The notes below the pieces were generated by a model. The model ran no database searches. It saw nothing but the letters and a program-made list of their open reading frames with translations, and had not been told where the DNA came from. Source: the human T2T-CHM13v2.0 reference genome, Homo sapiens. Taken from it: DNA of 64,000 nucleotides. The position numbers and the translations under genes were made by a program. Location of the stretch: NCBI RefSeq assembly GCF_009914755.1, contig NC_060935.1. One strand, given 5' to 3'. Below are positions 27,184 to 40,878 of the stretch, piece by piece (within the stretch, counting starts at the first letter, position 1; every line of letters starts with the position of its first letter).

Positions 27184-28434
27184 TTTTCCGGCAGAGTTCC
27201 TATGTGACATATGACTACAGAAGAGTCATAAGTCACAGCATTCCAGACAACTGCTAGGCTTCCCATGTGGAGGCTTCCTCTTGTAATCTGAGAGAAGACT
27301 CAGTACGTCAACTTTCTCATAGTCGCTCTTAAAAGGAAGGGGCGGGAAAGTTTTTAAAGTCAAAAAACTCTGTAAAACAGCTGCTGAAGAAGTTTTCTTT
27401 ATAAGCTTCTGAGTTTCAAAGGAGGTACCACTTTAAAAAGCCTTCCATGTGAAGGTATCTGCAAATTCCAAGGATGTTCACTCCATTTTCTGTGAACACT
27501 GGCAGCTTGCAACCCTGACAGGTTGTCCAGCCTGGGCAGGGGCCAACTTGTTCTCAGATGCAGCAAGGTGTGGGTGTGGACACAGCCTGCTTTCAGTGTA
27601 TGGGAAGCAGTCATAGTAAAAAAGGCATCACTCTCTGCCCTTGAAACATATCTCAAGGTCTTCATACAGCTTCTAACATTTTTAAAATGTGCTTCTAATA
27701 ACTGTTGTGCCAATGCATTAAACAGCCATTGGAGACAAAACCCTTTGGAAAATGTGCTCCAGGGTGAACTCCTCATGCTTGCTGTCACCTCCACCCCACG
27801 TAAGCTTCTGGTTCCAAGTTACTAGGATAAATGCGGCAAAGATGTAGAGGGTCCACTTTAGCTAATGTTCTTACCCTCTTGTCACATTACGAAAAGGAGT
27901 TATTTCTCTAGACCTTGGTTTTACCTGTCTGGGAAATGGGAATAATATGTACCTCATCTACTTTACAGAGATGTAGGTGATTCAGCAAAGATAATGTGCA
28001 AGGAAATGATTTGGAATATAAATATTAAAGTTATTAACAATGATAGGAATAACTAATGTAGCATCATTGGCCCCTTTCTCTGAGATAAGAATAAACTTGG
28101 GACTGTTGGCAATCATTTCTGAGAGGACTTGGTTGCCTTTTAGAGGAGACAGAGATGAAGTGGATGACGTGCTCCCCCCCAGGTTGGGTGCAGTGACTCA
28201 CACTCCCTCAGAGCTTCATGCACGCCTCTACCAGGCTTCAACATATTGCCTTGCAACTATCTATTTGTGAGTCTGTTCTCCCCGAAGACAGGGCCATGAC
28301 TTGGTCTTATTCATTTTTGCAACCGCAATACAATGCTAGTACATAGGTACTTTATAGCATGTGTTAAATAAATGAACAAATGAATGAAAGTCTGTGAGTC
28401 CCACTTTATCAAGAAAGTTGGTGTAGGGGGCCCT

Positions 28435-28690
28435 TAGTGGTTGATAAAGTGGAGTGTGAAATTGTGAATAAGAGCTGGGCTTTGGAATCAGGCAGTTCTG
28501 GGTCTGAAAGTCTGCAACTTCTAGTTTTGTGATGTTGAGCATATCATTCAACTCTTGAACAGAAGTTTGCTCATCGACAAAGCTGGAATAATAATCCCTG
28601 CTTCAAATGCTGATTTATGAGGATTATATGTAATAAGATATGCCAAGTCTTCACCACTAAGTACTCAGTGAGTGGTAGGTAGCTAACATC
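28435..28690 (+). mobile_element. MIR SINE
   Basis: aagagctgggctttggaatcaggcagttctgggtctgaa...ctggaataataatccctgcttca. Confidence 0.65.
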
Positions 28691-31600
28691 GTTATTTGTT
28701 CCTTAAAAACAAAGATGAGAACATGATTAATTCTCTGTGAGAAGCTTAGAGGAAAGTGGTTGGGGGAGGTGGATAACCAAGGCTTTTTGGAGGAGGTGAC
28801 AGGAGGTAACTAAAGAGAGGAGGCCAAGAGAAGTTGCCACACAGATCTTAATGATAGTAACAGGCACTGCTGCCTCCCCTCTGCCTCAGTGCACTTCAAA
28901 CCTTTGGAGGCGAGAGGAGGTCAAGGTGGAGAGAGGAACAGTGTCCATCCCCAGCACCCAGCCTCTCCTGTCCATTCTGCTTCTATTCACCCTTCCCTCC
29001 TGGGGCTTTCTGCAGCTGAAATCTCAGAGTGGGGCTCAGGAGGACCACTTCTTCCATGTGCTGCCTGCCTGAGCAAGCTCAGGGCAGATCAGCTCTTGCA
29101 CTGTCCCCTGCAGTACTGACTGACTTGTTGGTCCCATTTCCTTCCTTTATGTGCCCTTCCTGGAGATACTGGTAAGAGCCCCTTCTCTCCTCTCTGGTTT
29201 GCTGCACCACCATTGGGTGCTCCTCAATGTGGGCCCAGCCTGAAGTCCTCCCTCAGCTACATTTCTTGCTGTGTGCTTCTTCATTCAGGGCTCACATGTG
29301 CTTCTTCCTGGTAGACCAAGAGTCCCAGCCTGGCAGTTGTACCATCAAAAGCACTTGAAAGCATCCCCAGAAACTGGCAGTTATGCTGGGGAATCAGAGA
29401 ACCTATGTATTTTTAAATTCCCTTAGCTGGCTCTGATTCTATTCAAATTTGGAAACTGCTAGGCTGCATCTTTTCTTTACCTGAATGTTAAGCTCATTAT
29501 GTTCCAAACCCAATTCTGCCATCTTTCCTTTCAAATAATCAGCCAAGTCCCCTGGATTCCTGTTGTGGTAGAAGCAGGATGGAAAGCTTCTTATCTCATC
29601 ACTCTTTGGGCAGGATTTCCCCCTCCCCTGTTCCCATTCTAAAGCCTGTTTTCACCTTCAATGGACACAACTGTGCTTTAGGAAACAAGCAAATGACCCA
29701 ATATCATTTAGAGAAACAAGGTTACTCAGACAGCACTGAGTCCATTTTGACCCAGATCATTGCCAAAGAGATTGCACAGATAGGGGATCAGAAAAGCAAA
29801 GCTGAGGAGGGCCTTGGAGTCACATGCACACACCTCCTAGGGTCCTCACAGCACTCTGCTGAATGAGAATGAGAAGACTGCCAACCCCAACCTTAGATTT
29901 CTGGAGGTTCAGGCTGCTTTCCTAAACACTGTCTTCCTCCATGGAAGAGTGGAAGTTCTGCAGCCTGTTTATTCATTCACTTGTTCATTCAACAAATGTC
30001 GGGGGCCTCTTCTGTTCTGGGTGCCTTGCTAGATGCTAGGGCTGCCACTACTTTCCTCACACAGCTCCTAAAACCTCCCTTGGCACAGTGTTGGTATTAA
30101 GTTGGTGCCTCCTGCAGCATATTAACCAAAATGAAGAATTTCCCATTCCAGGGGAAGTGAAAGGAATCATAACTTTTTAAAAAATGAGCTCATTTTTATA
30201 TTCTATGTTATTAACTCAAGTGCTTTATAAAAATAAAATTCATTACACAAGTGTCTATATGCCTTGCCCAATATCTTTGCCAATGATAAATAATATCTTG
30301 CATATTTTTACTGCTTCGTTGTTTCTAAAATGCTCTCATATGGCTTACGTCATTTGATCCTAGACAGGCTGGTTTTATTATCCCCATTTATAGGAGGAAA
30401 TATCTAGGCTTAGATGGGTCAATGACATGTCAAGGGTGTGTGGCTAGTAAATGCCATACAACAACATTTGAGAATAATGGCTATTTCAATTGTTTTGCTA
30501 TTGAAAGATTAGTTTTTGCGAAGTTGTTGGATAAGAACCAGCGTGGAAGAGATTCCATTTCTTTTCAAGAGAAATTTCATATCTGCTCCTGAAATACTTG
30601 GTGACTTTAGGATTTTGTCCATCCCGACCGAACAAGGGAACAGAGGTGGATAGTTGGAAAGATTATGAATCACTCTCTTGGCAAAATTCCCTGTGTTATT
30701 CTGAATGTTTCATGACCCTCTCTTCCCAAGAGACTATTATTTAAAATTTAAATAATACTGTTCTTGGCACCCTAATGGCCCTCTGAGTCAGCTGGACTGC
30801 AACAAAGTAATAGCAGAGGAAGGTTACAGGCAGGGGAGCAGCAGAGAACAAGGGAAGTAGCCTCTTTCCTCCAGCAACACAACAGCACTTTGATGGACTC
30901 AGCTTGGGAGGACTGGGTCAAAAGATGAACTGTGACCAGAAGGAAGAAAACAAACAGACACACTTTGGGAGGGTCTCAGAATAGGCACTGTACATGCATT
31001 CCTGGTGCGTGCGAATAAGTGGGCGGGGTGCCAGAACTGGACACGAGACAACCAAGGACAAGCTCATCTGACAGGGCAAGTGTCCAACAGATGGCTGTTA
31101 ACCTGTTCCAGCCCTAATATGAACCAAATCCTCATTCTCCTGGGCTTCAGTCTCAACTCTGCCACCTTATCAGGTGAACCAGGAAGGAAGTCATTTTGTC
31201 CTGAAGAAAGTGGACCATTGTGGTGCACAGGAGATCACAGCGATCAGTCACCCTCTCTGTCTTGACACCAAGAAGCAGGAGTTCCAAAATCCAGAGGCCA
31301 TTTTGGACTGAATTTGTAACAACTGTTTACACTTCACTGCTTTGTTAGGGTCTACAAAGCAGTTTTATTTGCTATGATAGTAGTTCTGAAACTTTGCTAC
31401 TCATTAGAACCACTGCCCTATGTGGTAGGCTGTCAAAGTGTCATTCCCATTTTGCAGATAGGAAAGTTGAGGCTGAGAGAGTTCAATGATTTGCCTAAAA
31501 TCATGGCTCTAGCAAGTTCTAGAAATGAGACTTGAATTTTGAGTTCTATTTCACCTTGTTGGCTCATTAATTCATTCATATTAAATGAATTATTCATTTA

Positions 31601-34129
31601 ACAAGTATGTTTTGAGTACCAGCTCTGTACTAGGCATTAGATATACATTAAGAGACTAAATATATATAGCCCCTGCCTTCACTGAGTTTCAGTCTAATGA
31701 TCTTTTCATTTGAACCGGTATTCTTTATACCCTTTCATATTTCAGAATTAATTTCAAATTATGTAGGCTGGCTTCGTGCCCAGCAGACTCAATGCTCAGC
31801 AGAATAGCACAAGTGGTACATTTACTAGAGCTCAGGTGTGCAGGTCCAAACTTGCCCATGAGAGGCAGTGGGCCACAGAGAAGGGAGATCAGGCCTTGGA
31901 GTTGGTGTTCCTGGCTTCAAATAATGTCTCTGCTCCAACTGGCCATGTGATCACAGGGAACTTTCTAAAGTTCTCTCTCTGTTCTCAGTGTCCTCAGTGG
32001 GGGACTGAAGATCATAATAGCCAAGCTCCCTGAGTGTCATGTGTCTAGCTACTGGCTGGAACATCTGAGGCTCTCACTAAACACAGCTGTGACCAGGCCA
32101 TTACCAGATGCTGAGTACTGTGGAGAACAACCGATTCATGAACCTGGTGTTTCTGAGAGGCACAGCAGCCTAGGAATGTCCTTAGAATTTCCTGCCCTGT
32201 TTATTCCTCCTCCTTTAATCTCTATCCTCAATCCATTCTATTCATTTTCCTTAATAATTACAGTTTGGGTACCACTTATTTGGAATTTAAGGATAGGTGG
32301 TTGATAAATTTTAACTGGTGATAGTGACCTAATGCAGATCTAAAATTAATAGAGAAACTCAAAGGTCAATGGATTCCAAGTTAGAAGTTCAGCTATTGGG
32401 AATGCTGTTTGAATGGCATTCCCATTTTTTATTAGACTTATATTAAAAGAAAGTGAAAAGAAAATATGGAAACTTGGAACTTCAAACCTTTTGAGTTTTC
32501 CTTCTTTCCAGTGCTTAGCTGATACAATCAACATTGAGTTGTTTTCTTTGTCCCTTTCTGAGATAGAATCTAATTCTTGCACTTATGAATTTGAGAATCT
32601 TTAAAAATATTTTCTCATTTCATAAACATGATTAGCTCGAGAATCTATATGTTTAGGGGCTACATGCACCTTGTCAAATTGTTCCTTTCCATTCTTGATT
32701 TCCGGAAAGGTCACTGGAATTCCTGCAAGTGTGGCTCTGCTGTTCTAGATTGACATTGTCGACCCTGAAGGAAGCGATGTTGATGTTCACAGAGACCTGC
32801 AGAGTGACCTCTCCTCCAAATGCCTCAAAATAAATGATGGCATGCCTGAGACTACATTTAGTGCCATTTGGCTACCAGGCTCTTCTAAAACCTGTAAAGT
32901 TAATATTTAAAGTCTCTTTTTAATTACCAGTAGGTAATAGCTTGTTCTAAATTAATGCTGATTGACTAAATACATGACTGAATGATTGATTGGGTCATCA
33001 TTGAATAGTATGGAAATTTTAATTTGCTTTTATAGATGAATGCTCAGTTTGTGGGTCTGTATTTTATAACTTAAATTAATAAAGATATTAACACTACTTC
33101 AGTCTTAATATCAAATACTCTTGTGGTAGGTATAGAATGAACTAAGGCACTATTTCAGTTTTCTCCTTCTGCCACATCCCTACGAAATAGAAAACCTACC
33201 CAAGATTATACAGTTAATAAGTAGCAGAGCTGGAATGTAAACACAGGTCTGTGTGCTGCTGGCCACTGCCATCCATACTGGCCACTGCAGTCCATTTATG
33301 CAAAATAATCATTTTTTTGCACAAATTTTAAGCATTGCATTCTTTGTTGTGATTTTGGACATTTTGCAATCACCTTTGTCAGCCACATTAGAGACAAGGT
33401 TTGATCAGTCTACCAAAGTAGGTGTTTCCTGGTCGGCCTTATCCCACAATATCCCAGCTTTTAACCTTGGATACCTTCTCTAGAGGAAAAGGGGGAAGCA
33501 TACAACAACATTTAAGTGTTCTCTTCCAAAAGGCAGGAATGACAAAGTCTGGGAATTGAAGTGAAATATTCTCCCCAGGGGAATAAAATACAGCAGGGTT
33601 TGTCAAATTCAATCCAACTCTGGCCGTGAAATAGTAAGGAGAAACCAACATCTAAAAAAATATATAGATTTCAGTAGAAAATAGCAGGTTGCCTCACATT
33701 TAATAAAAGTACTGTTTTGCTAAACTTTTGCTTGTGTGTGTATGTGTGTGTATACACATGCATCCATGTGTAATTGGTATGTATGTGTACTAGCTTGTGG
33801 TATAAAGTGTACTTTTAACGATAGGTTGTGATTTAAACATTTTGAGGAATACTGTAGCATAGGATAATGATTATGAGTGATGGATCAGACTGCCAAAGTT
33901 TGAATGTCAACTCTGACCCTTACTAGCTGCATGGCCTAGGTATATTTTAACCTTTCAAGTTTCAGTTTTCTCCCCTAGGAAAAAAATAACTCATAATGTG
34001 TGTAAAGTGTGCAACAGAGTGCCTGATGCTTAGAAAGGACTCACTAAATTAATGTCAACTATTGCATTTTAAGTGAAGCAGTTTGGGTAAAAAGTTGATG
34101 GCAAGCAAGAGCAATGCTTTGCATTATGT

Positions 34130-34790
34130 CCCCAGAATCATTTTAATTCCAGATGCATACATTCATCTGCTTGCTGGCTATCCCCACATACATGTCTCAG
34201 AGGCATGTCAAACACCACATGCCCCAAACCAAGCTCATCTTCCTGCATTCCCTACTCAGCAATGGTACCACCAGCTACCCAGTAACCCAGTAAAAACTGG
34301 AGAGTCACCCTGGATTCCTCACCACTCAACCTATATATGCAGTCAAGTCATTAATAAGTTCAGTGATTTTCTATCTCCTGAATAGTTCTAATTTCCTCCT
34401 CTGTTATCCATCCTCCTTATAATCCCTGTTCTTTCCAATATTGAAATCACACCTTGTCTGCTATTAAACTAAAATCCTGCAACTCCTGAATTCTAGTCTT
34501 CACTCCTACTGTTCTGCCCCTGGAATACACCTTTTAGAACTTCTGCCAGACTGTCATTTTCCAAAAACCAAATCTGATAATTTTCTTGCTAACTTAAAAC
34601 ATCTTTAGCAAAGCCTGCAAGGCTCTTCATAAGCTGTGCATCATTTTTGGCTTTGCCACCAGCCACTCTTCCATGGGTGGCCTTTAATAGAGCAAACTAT
34701 ACCATTCCCAGAGGAAGCAGGCATTTTCATACCTCTTTGTGTGCATGTGGTAGTTCCTCTGTTGGGAATGACCTTCTGTGCCCATCTACT
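34130..34790 (+). mobile_element. L2 LINE fragment
   Basis: catgtcaaacaccacatgccccaaaccaagctc...aaactggagagtcaccctggattcctc. Confidence 0.6.
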
Positions 34791-34849
34791 AATCAGTATA
34801 GTGGATTAGAGGATGAAGAAGACATTGATTGAAACTTACATTTAAAATT

Positions 34850-34980
34850 AAAAATTCAGTGTGCATCAGAAGCACCTTAGCTGGTGGGTTAAAATTCAAG
34901 TCCTTGGCCCCTACCTGTAAATGTTGATTCCAGGGCTTTTTACCTGCACCCCTGGTGATTATGAGAAACTGCACCAGAAG
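34850..34980. mobile_element. MER5-like DNA element
   Basis: gtgcatcagaagcacct...cccctggtgattatgagaaactg. Confidence 0.5.
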
Positions 34981-35819
34981 AAAGATAAAAGTCCTGTACA
35001 AATGCTAATCCTTAGCACACATTCAGAAGTAGAGGTGACAACCTTGTCCTTGGGAAATATCTCAATAGAAATTCAATTTGGAGCATTTCCTAAGGAGAGT
35101 GGATAAGTGCTGACTTATTAGTAAAGATAGGACTTTTTAAATGAGCAGCAATGACAAGAAGGAAAAATACTGCTACTTAATGTAATTATCTATTAATGTT
35201 AGTGCCTTAAAATATAAAAACTGCATACTGCTAAAGCACAATGATAGCACTGGTCCGACACTGTTGTAGTGAGATCTCTTTCCCCCCGAGAAGAAAACCC
35301 CACGGGAGTCCTGCTACTGGGTAAGTTTATAACTAGAGAAAATCAGTTGCCTCACCTGCACACAACACAGAGGCCCAGTTGTTTCCACCGAGTCTGAAAC
35401 AAAAGGCCTTCTCTGTATTATCCATGGTAAGGAAAAAAAAAAAAAGAAGACAGAACAGAAGCTTCAAGTTAAGTATCTGGGCGTTAGTGGCAGTTAAAAC
35501 TTGGTGAGAAACCAAGATCAGAGGCTGGCTTTTTATAGGGAACAAATTTCCGAAGCATTTTTATGGCTGAAAGTTTATGCAAACCAGATAACCCAAGGCT
35601 TACAGATAAGGATCTTAGAAAGGGTTATGCTGTCTCTTTTGAGCTGTCCACCATCAGACCCACCCTGTTTACTCAGCCTAATCATTCATTCATTCATTCA
35701 TTCCCTCTTTCATTTAATGAGCACAGACTGTGTGATATACATAGTGCTAGGTATACGTGGAAAGAAAGATGATGAAGCCTAAATCTCACATTCCACTGGG
35801 GGAGTTGACACAGCAGATA

Positions 35820-35893
35820 TTAGGTTGATGCAAAAGTAATTGTGGGTTTTGCCATTAAAAGCAAAAACTGCAATTACTTTTGCACCAACCTAA
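35820..35893. mobile_element. MADE1 (Hsmar1-derived MITE), palindromic, with TA TSD
   Basis: ttaggttgatgcaaaagtaattgtgggttttgcc...gcaaaaactgcaattacttttgcaccaacctaa, flanked by TA at 35818-35819 and 35894-35895. Confidence 0.93.
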
Positions 35894-36263
35894 TACAAGA
35901 TGTAGTGATTTGTCATTCAAACGAAAATGGTTATCAAATAAAGTGATGCTATTCATTCCTCAAAAATTTGTAGGGCATCTACTTTGTATAATGAAGTATG
36001 TCTGGCAGTGGTTGTTAGCTGGGAAAAACAAAGGTTCATTTTCTAATAGTAAAGACAGCTATTAAATAAATAATCACCCAATTAATTAATTCATTCGAAG
36101 AAATACTACAAAGCAGGTGCAGTGGATGCTGTTAAAGGACATAAGGAACCCCAGGAGTCCTGATGTCATTTTCTTTGTGTTGGGAATGGTATGTGATTAG
36201 AAGAGACTTCCCTGAGGAAGCAATATCCAAAATGAGATATGACAGATAAATAAAGAGTTAATT

Positions 36264-37533
36264 GTCTTCAACAATGGTATTGAGAAAACTGTATATCCAC
36301 ATGTAAAATAATGAAATTAACCCTTATCTTATATTCAAAAATGGATTACAGATGTAAAATGTAAGACCTGAAACTATAAAACTCCTAGAAGAAAACATAG
36401 GGGAAAAACTTTATGACATTGGACTTGGCAATGATTTTATAGATACAATATCAAAAGCACAGGCAAAAACAGTAAAAATAAACAAGTGGGACTGTATCAA
36501 ACTAAAATGCCTCTGCACAGCAAAGAAAACAATCCACAGAGTGAAAAGGCAACCTACAGAATGGGAAAAAGTATTTGGAAATCATATATTTGATAAGGAG
36601 TTAATTTCCAAAATATATAAGGAACTCTTACAACTCAATGGCAACCCCCTCCAATAACCTGATTGTAAAATGGGCTAAGGACCTGAATAGACATGTTCCC
36701 AGAAAAGACACAAATATCCAACAGGTATATGAAAAGATGCTCAACATCACTAATCATTAGGGAAATGCAAATTAAAACCACAATGTGTTATTACCTCACC
36801 TCTGTTAGAGTGGATATTATCAAAAAAACAAAAGGTAACAAGTATTGGTGAGGCTATGGAAAAAATGGAACCCTTGTACACTGCTGATGGGAGTGTAAAA
36901 TGGTGTAACCACCATGGAAAACAGTATGGAGGTTCCTTGAAAATTTAAAAATGGAACTACCATATGATCCAGCAATGCCACTTCTGAGTATTTACCCAGA
37001 ATAATTAAAATCAAAATCTCAAAGAGGTATTAGCACTATTCACAATAGCCAAGATGTAGAAAGGATCTAAATGTCCCTTGACAGATAAATGGAGGATAAA
37101 AGGGCATATACATAAAGTGGAATATTATTCAGCCTTAAAAATATGGAATGCCTGCAATATACAACAATATGGATGAATCTTGAGGACATTATGCTAAACG
37201 CAATGAGCCAGTCACAGAAGGACAAATACTGCCTGATTCCACTTATATGAGGTATCTAAAATAATCCTACTCATAGAAGCAAATAATAAAATGGTGGTTT
37301 CCAGGGATTAGAGGTAGGAGGAAATGGGAAGTTTCTAATCAATGGGTATACGATTTCAGTTATGAAAAATGAAGTTCTAGAGATCTGCTATATAACATTG
37401 TGTCTGCAGATAACAATACCATATTATACACTTAAAAATGTGTTAAGAGGGTAGAGCTCATGGCAAATGTTCTCACCACAGTGAAAAAAACTGTGATAAA
37501 GACTAATAATACATCTTCAAACATAACAACAAA
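36264..37533 (+). mobile_element. 5'-truncated L1MA9/L1MB1-like element with perfect 12-bp TSD AAAGAGTTAATT
   Basis: ORF2 3' part and 3'UTR ending gttaagagggtagagctc...gttctcaccacag; TSD at 36252-36263 and 37534-37545. Confidence 0.85.
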
Positions 37534-40500
37534 AAAGAGTTAATTAGGCCAAGTGGTGGTGCTCGGGGTAGGGGTGGTGTTGAGCAGCTTTCTAGGCAAA
37601 GAAACACCACGTTCAAGGCTTGGAAAAGGGAAGGTGCACAGACAGGACCAAGACTGTGCAGTGTGTAGGTGACTTTGCTGAGGACTTAGGTTTTCAGCTT
37701 CAGGGCAATGAGAAACTACTGAAAGTTTTAAACAGAAGAGGCATAATTAAATCTGTGTTCTTTAGAAAAGATCATTTTGGCTGCAGTGAGGAGAATTTTT
37801 GGAAGGGTCCAAGAATGTGCTGATAAATTAGAAGTTTCCTGCAATGGTCCAGTTAAGAGGCAATGGTAGCTTGTGCTAGGATGGTGGAATGCAGCTGGAG
37901 AGAAGCAGGAGGATAAGAGATACATGGGGGAGAAAAAATGCACAGGATCTGGTGATAGATGAGATTTGGGGGTTGAGTGAGAGAGAGGGGTCAAGGATCA
38001 CTGCCATCACAACTGGATGAATGGTTGTGGTGTTCACTGAAATGGGACACTAATGATGAAGACCAGGACTGGTTTTGGGTGGGAGTGGAAGGAGAGGAGC
38101 TCATCTCAAGTTTTACTTTATATACATTGAGTTTTCCTTTGAGACATTTATCTGGAGGTGTTAGTGGACAGTTCCATATCTATAAGTCTGGGTCTTAGAG
38201 GGTAAAGAATTAAGTTGAAAATGATGAGCAAAAAGATGGCAATTGAAACGATAATGGGGTTGTATGTATTACTCTATGGAGAGAGCTTAGAGCAAAAACA
38301 GAGCCTGGCTTGAGCTTTGAGAAGCTCCAGCTTTTTAAGGCTGGATAAAGGAGGAGACTGAGATGGGACAGCGGAAAGAAAGAAGGAGAACCACAAGATG
38401 GGTTGTCACCAGGTGACAAAGGAGGATGTGTTTCAGGAAGGAAGGCGTGACCAACACTGCTGAGTTTCTCTGAAAGGTCAAATCATTAGGATGACTGAAA
38501 ACGATCTACTGGATTTGGAAAAGTGGAGGTTCTTCGTAACCCAGTGAAGAGTTGATGGAGTTATACTGGAGTGGTTTGAGGAAAGTTGTGACAAAATGGA
38601 AACAGCAAATGCACAAAACTTTTTCAAAAAGCTTGGCTACTAAAGGGGGTGGTTTAAGGTGGAGATATTCGAGCATGTTTAAATGCTGATGGGATGGAAT
38701 CCTCACTTCCAGGTATAGGGGCAAACAGTTTATGGTGTTGTCAGGAAAAGTGGGAATGATTGCCTGTGGAACCCAAGCTGGGTTGGATTAGGTTAGTGGG
38801 TAGGAGCAATGGCTGGAAAAAGTGAATGGAAAAATGTGAAGTGGAGAACTGAGTAGGATTGGAGACTGTGGTGGGGTCCGAGGGGACAGCTGACCCGGCA
38901 GCATCTCTGGTTGACAGTGTGTTGTTAGAATCACTGATTTCTGACATGGTGGAATTTCACAAGATGCCGAGGTCCAGGGTGTGACTCTGGGAGAAGCTGA
39001 GGACAGGTATTCCAGTTAGCCAAGACTAGGGTGTTGGAGAAGCCAACATATTGATGCTGAAGTCACCCAGGGTTATGGCAAGACTGGGTGGAGAAGGTCT
39101 ATAAGCTGGTGCCAAAGTCCTCAATAATTGAAAGGTGGTAAATGACAGTGATGAAAAGGACAAAAGTTCAATATCTCTAAATGGCCCAACTCTTCAAATA
39201 GGAGCAGAGAAACAGATTTTGTTGTGGTGGTAGCTGTTTTTTTAAATAAAAGGATGGGGGAAAACAGCTCTGAAAATGGTTTTAGGGAAAGAAAGGATAC
39301 CTAGCTGTGTCCTGACTTGGGAGCCGAAGAGTGAAATAATAAGCAACCTCCATATGAGAGGGGTTTGGATGAAGCAGTCACTCAGGGTAAGGGTAGGTTT
39401 TAGTTGATAGACAGAGTTGGATAGAACTTGTGAAAAGAACTGAAGATATAAGGGAAACGTGTTCCTGAAAGCCAAGTAAAATGGGGTGGAGAATGGAAGT
39501 GGCAAGGATGTGCAGATCTGAAAGTCTGTCAGAGAAATAGATGAAAATAAAGAATGAGTCAGGAGTGTGAAGAATGGGACTAATGCTTAGGGTTACAAAG
39601 GAGGTAGATGGTAAGGTTTTGTAAAGGAGGTCTTAGTTGAGCTGAGATCAAGTAGAAGTTCTGCTGATGGGCAGAGGAGGAGAAAAGCATCCAGGTAGAA
39701 GAATCAGCAGGCACAAAGATGCGGAGGCCCAGGAGGCATTTGGCTTGAGGCCAGTGCAGTTTGCTTCAGCATGGCTGCTCTGCAGAATCCCAGAGGACCA
39801 GTGGTAAAGGAGGAGGTCTTTCCCTGAGACCATTTTCATCAGGCCTGGGCAGGCATGATGCAGGCAGGCCCAGGTCAAGGAGAGCTTTGGTTTCCAGCTG
39901 GGGAGCCTTGTGGCTTAGGGATGGGCTTTTAAGCAGTGGCAAGATGTGATTGTCACTGTTCCAGATGGGTGGGTCTCTTCGCTTTCCTCATGCCCCACCG
40001 TGCTGTGCTCACATGGTTGCTGTGATGTCCAACCCTCTGGGTAAATTTTACTCATCCCTGAGGCCTAACTCGAGTCTTGCCCCTGGAATAAAGCCCTTCA
40101 TGACTACTGTAGCCCACACCTTCCTCCTTTCCTCCAAATGTTTTTATTTTTCCAGTCAGAATCACACTTCAAAAGAAAGACAGTAGAAAAAGCCGTCATT
40201 CACGGTTTGTGTGAGCAAGCATCCTCCCCACCTAGCTAGAGAGAAAACTGGTAGGACATAAAATTACTGTAACTAAGGGAGAATAACCGGTCTCTCTCAT
40301 TTAAAAAGATAACAGAACAAATTGAGTTACTTTTAGAACAATGGAAAATAAAGGATTTCCTTCTTTTTTCTGTTCCACTGCCAAAAATGAGTGCCTTCTG
40401 GCTCAAATATAAATAAGAGTTCTGTTTGAAAGTCCTGGATTAATACTGTCTCAGTTAATGTCTGGATGTATGGCCTTAAGCAAGTTACTCAACTTCTTAG

Positions 40501-40830
40501 AACCTCAATTTTCTCATCTGTAAAATGGGCTAATAATACTAATTCCACAAGGTCACCAGAAGATCATACAAAGTCCTTTGTGTATTTATGCATCATATTA
40601 ATTGTATGCCTTACTATGTGCCAGGCATTGTACTAGGAGCTAAGCTGTGGCATGAACAAGATAGGCACAGTCTTGCCCTCCTGGAGCTTACAGACCAGAG
40701 GGAGAGAGAGACAAATAGTTTCACAATTAATTGGCAGTATCATAGTGTAGAAAGCCTGGCAACAATGTCTGGTTCAGAATACACCTCTAATACCCATTAG
40801 TCCCCTTCTGTTCTTAAGTTCTCTCAGTCA

Positions 40831-40878
40831 AAGTAATACAACAAGTAATAACAATAATATAACAAGTAATATAACAAG
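40831..40878. repeat. Short degenerate tandem repeat (AACAAGTAATAT-like units)
   Basis: aagtaatacaacaagtaataacaataatataacaagtaatataacaag. Confidence 0.6.

Larger units (their letters stand above)
35680..39970 (-). mobile_element. Fragmented L2 LINE tract interrupted by MADE1 and an L1
   Basis: Reversed L2 terminus (attcattcattcattc) and typical L2 segments (gagaaactactgaaagttttaaacag...aaagatcattttggctgcag; gagttttcctttgagacatttatctggaggtg). Confidence 0.6.
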
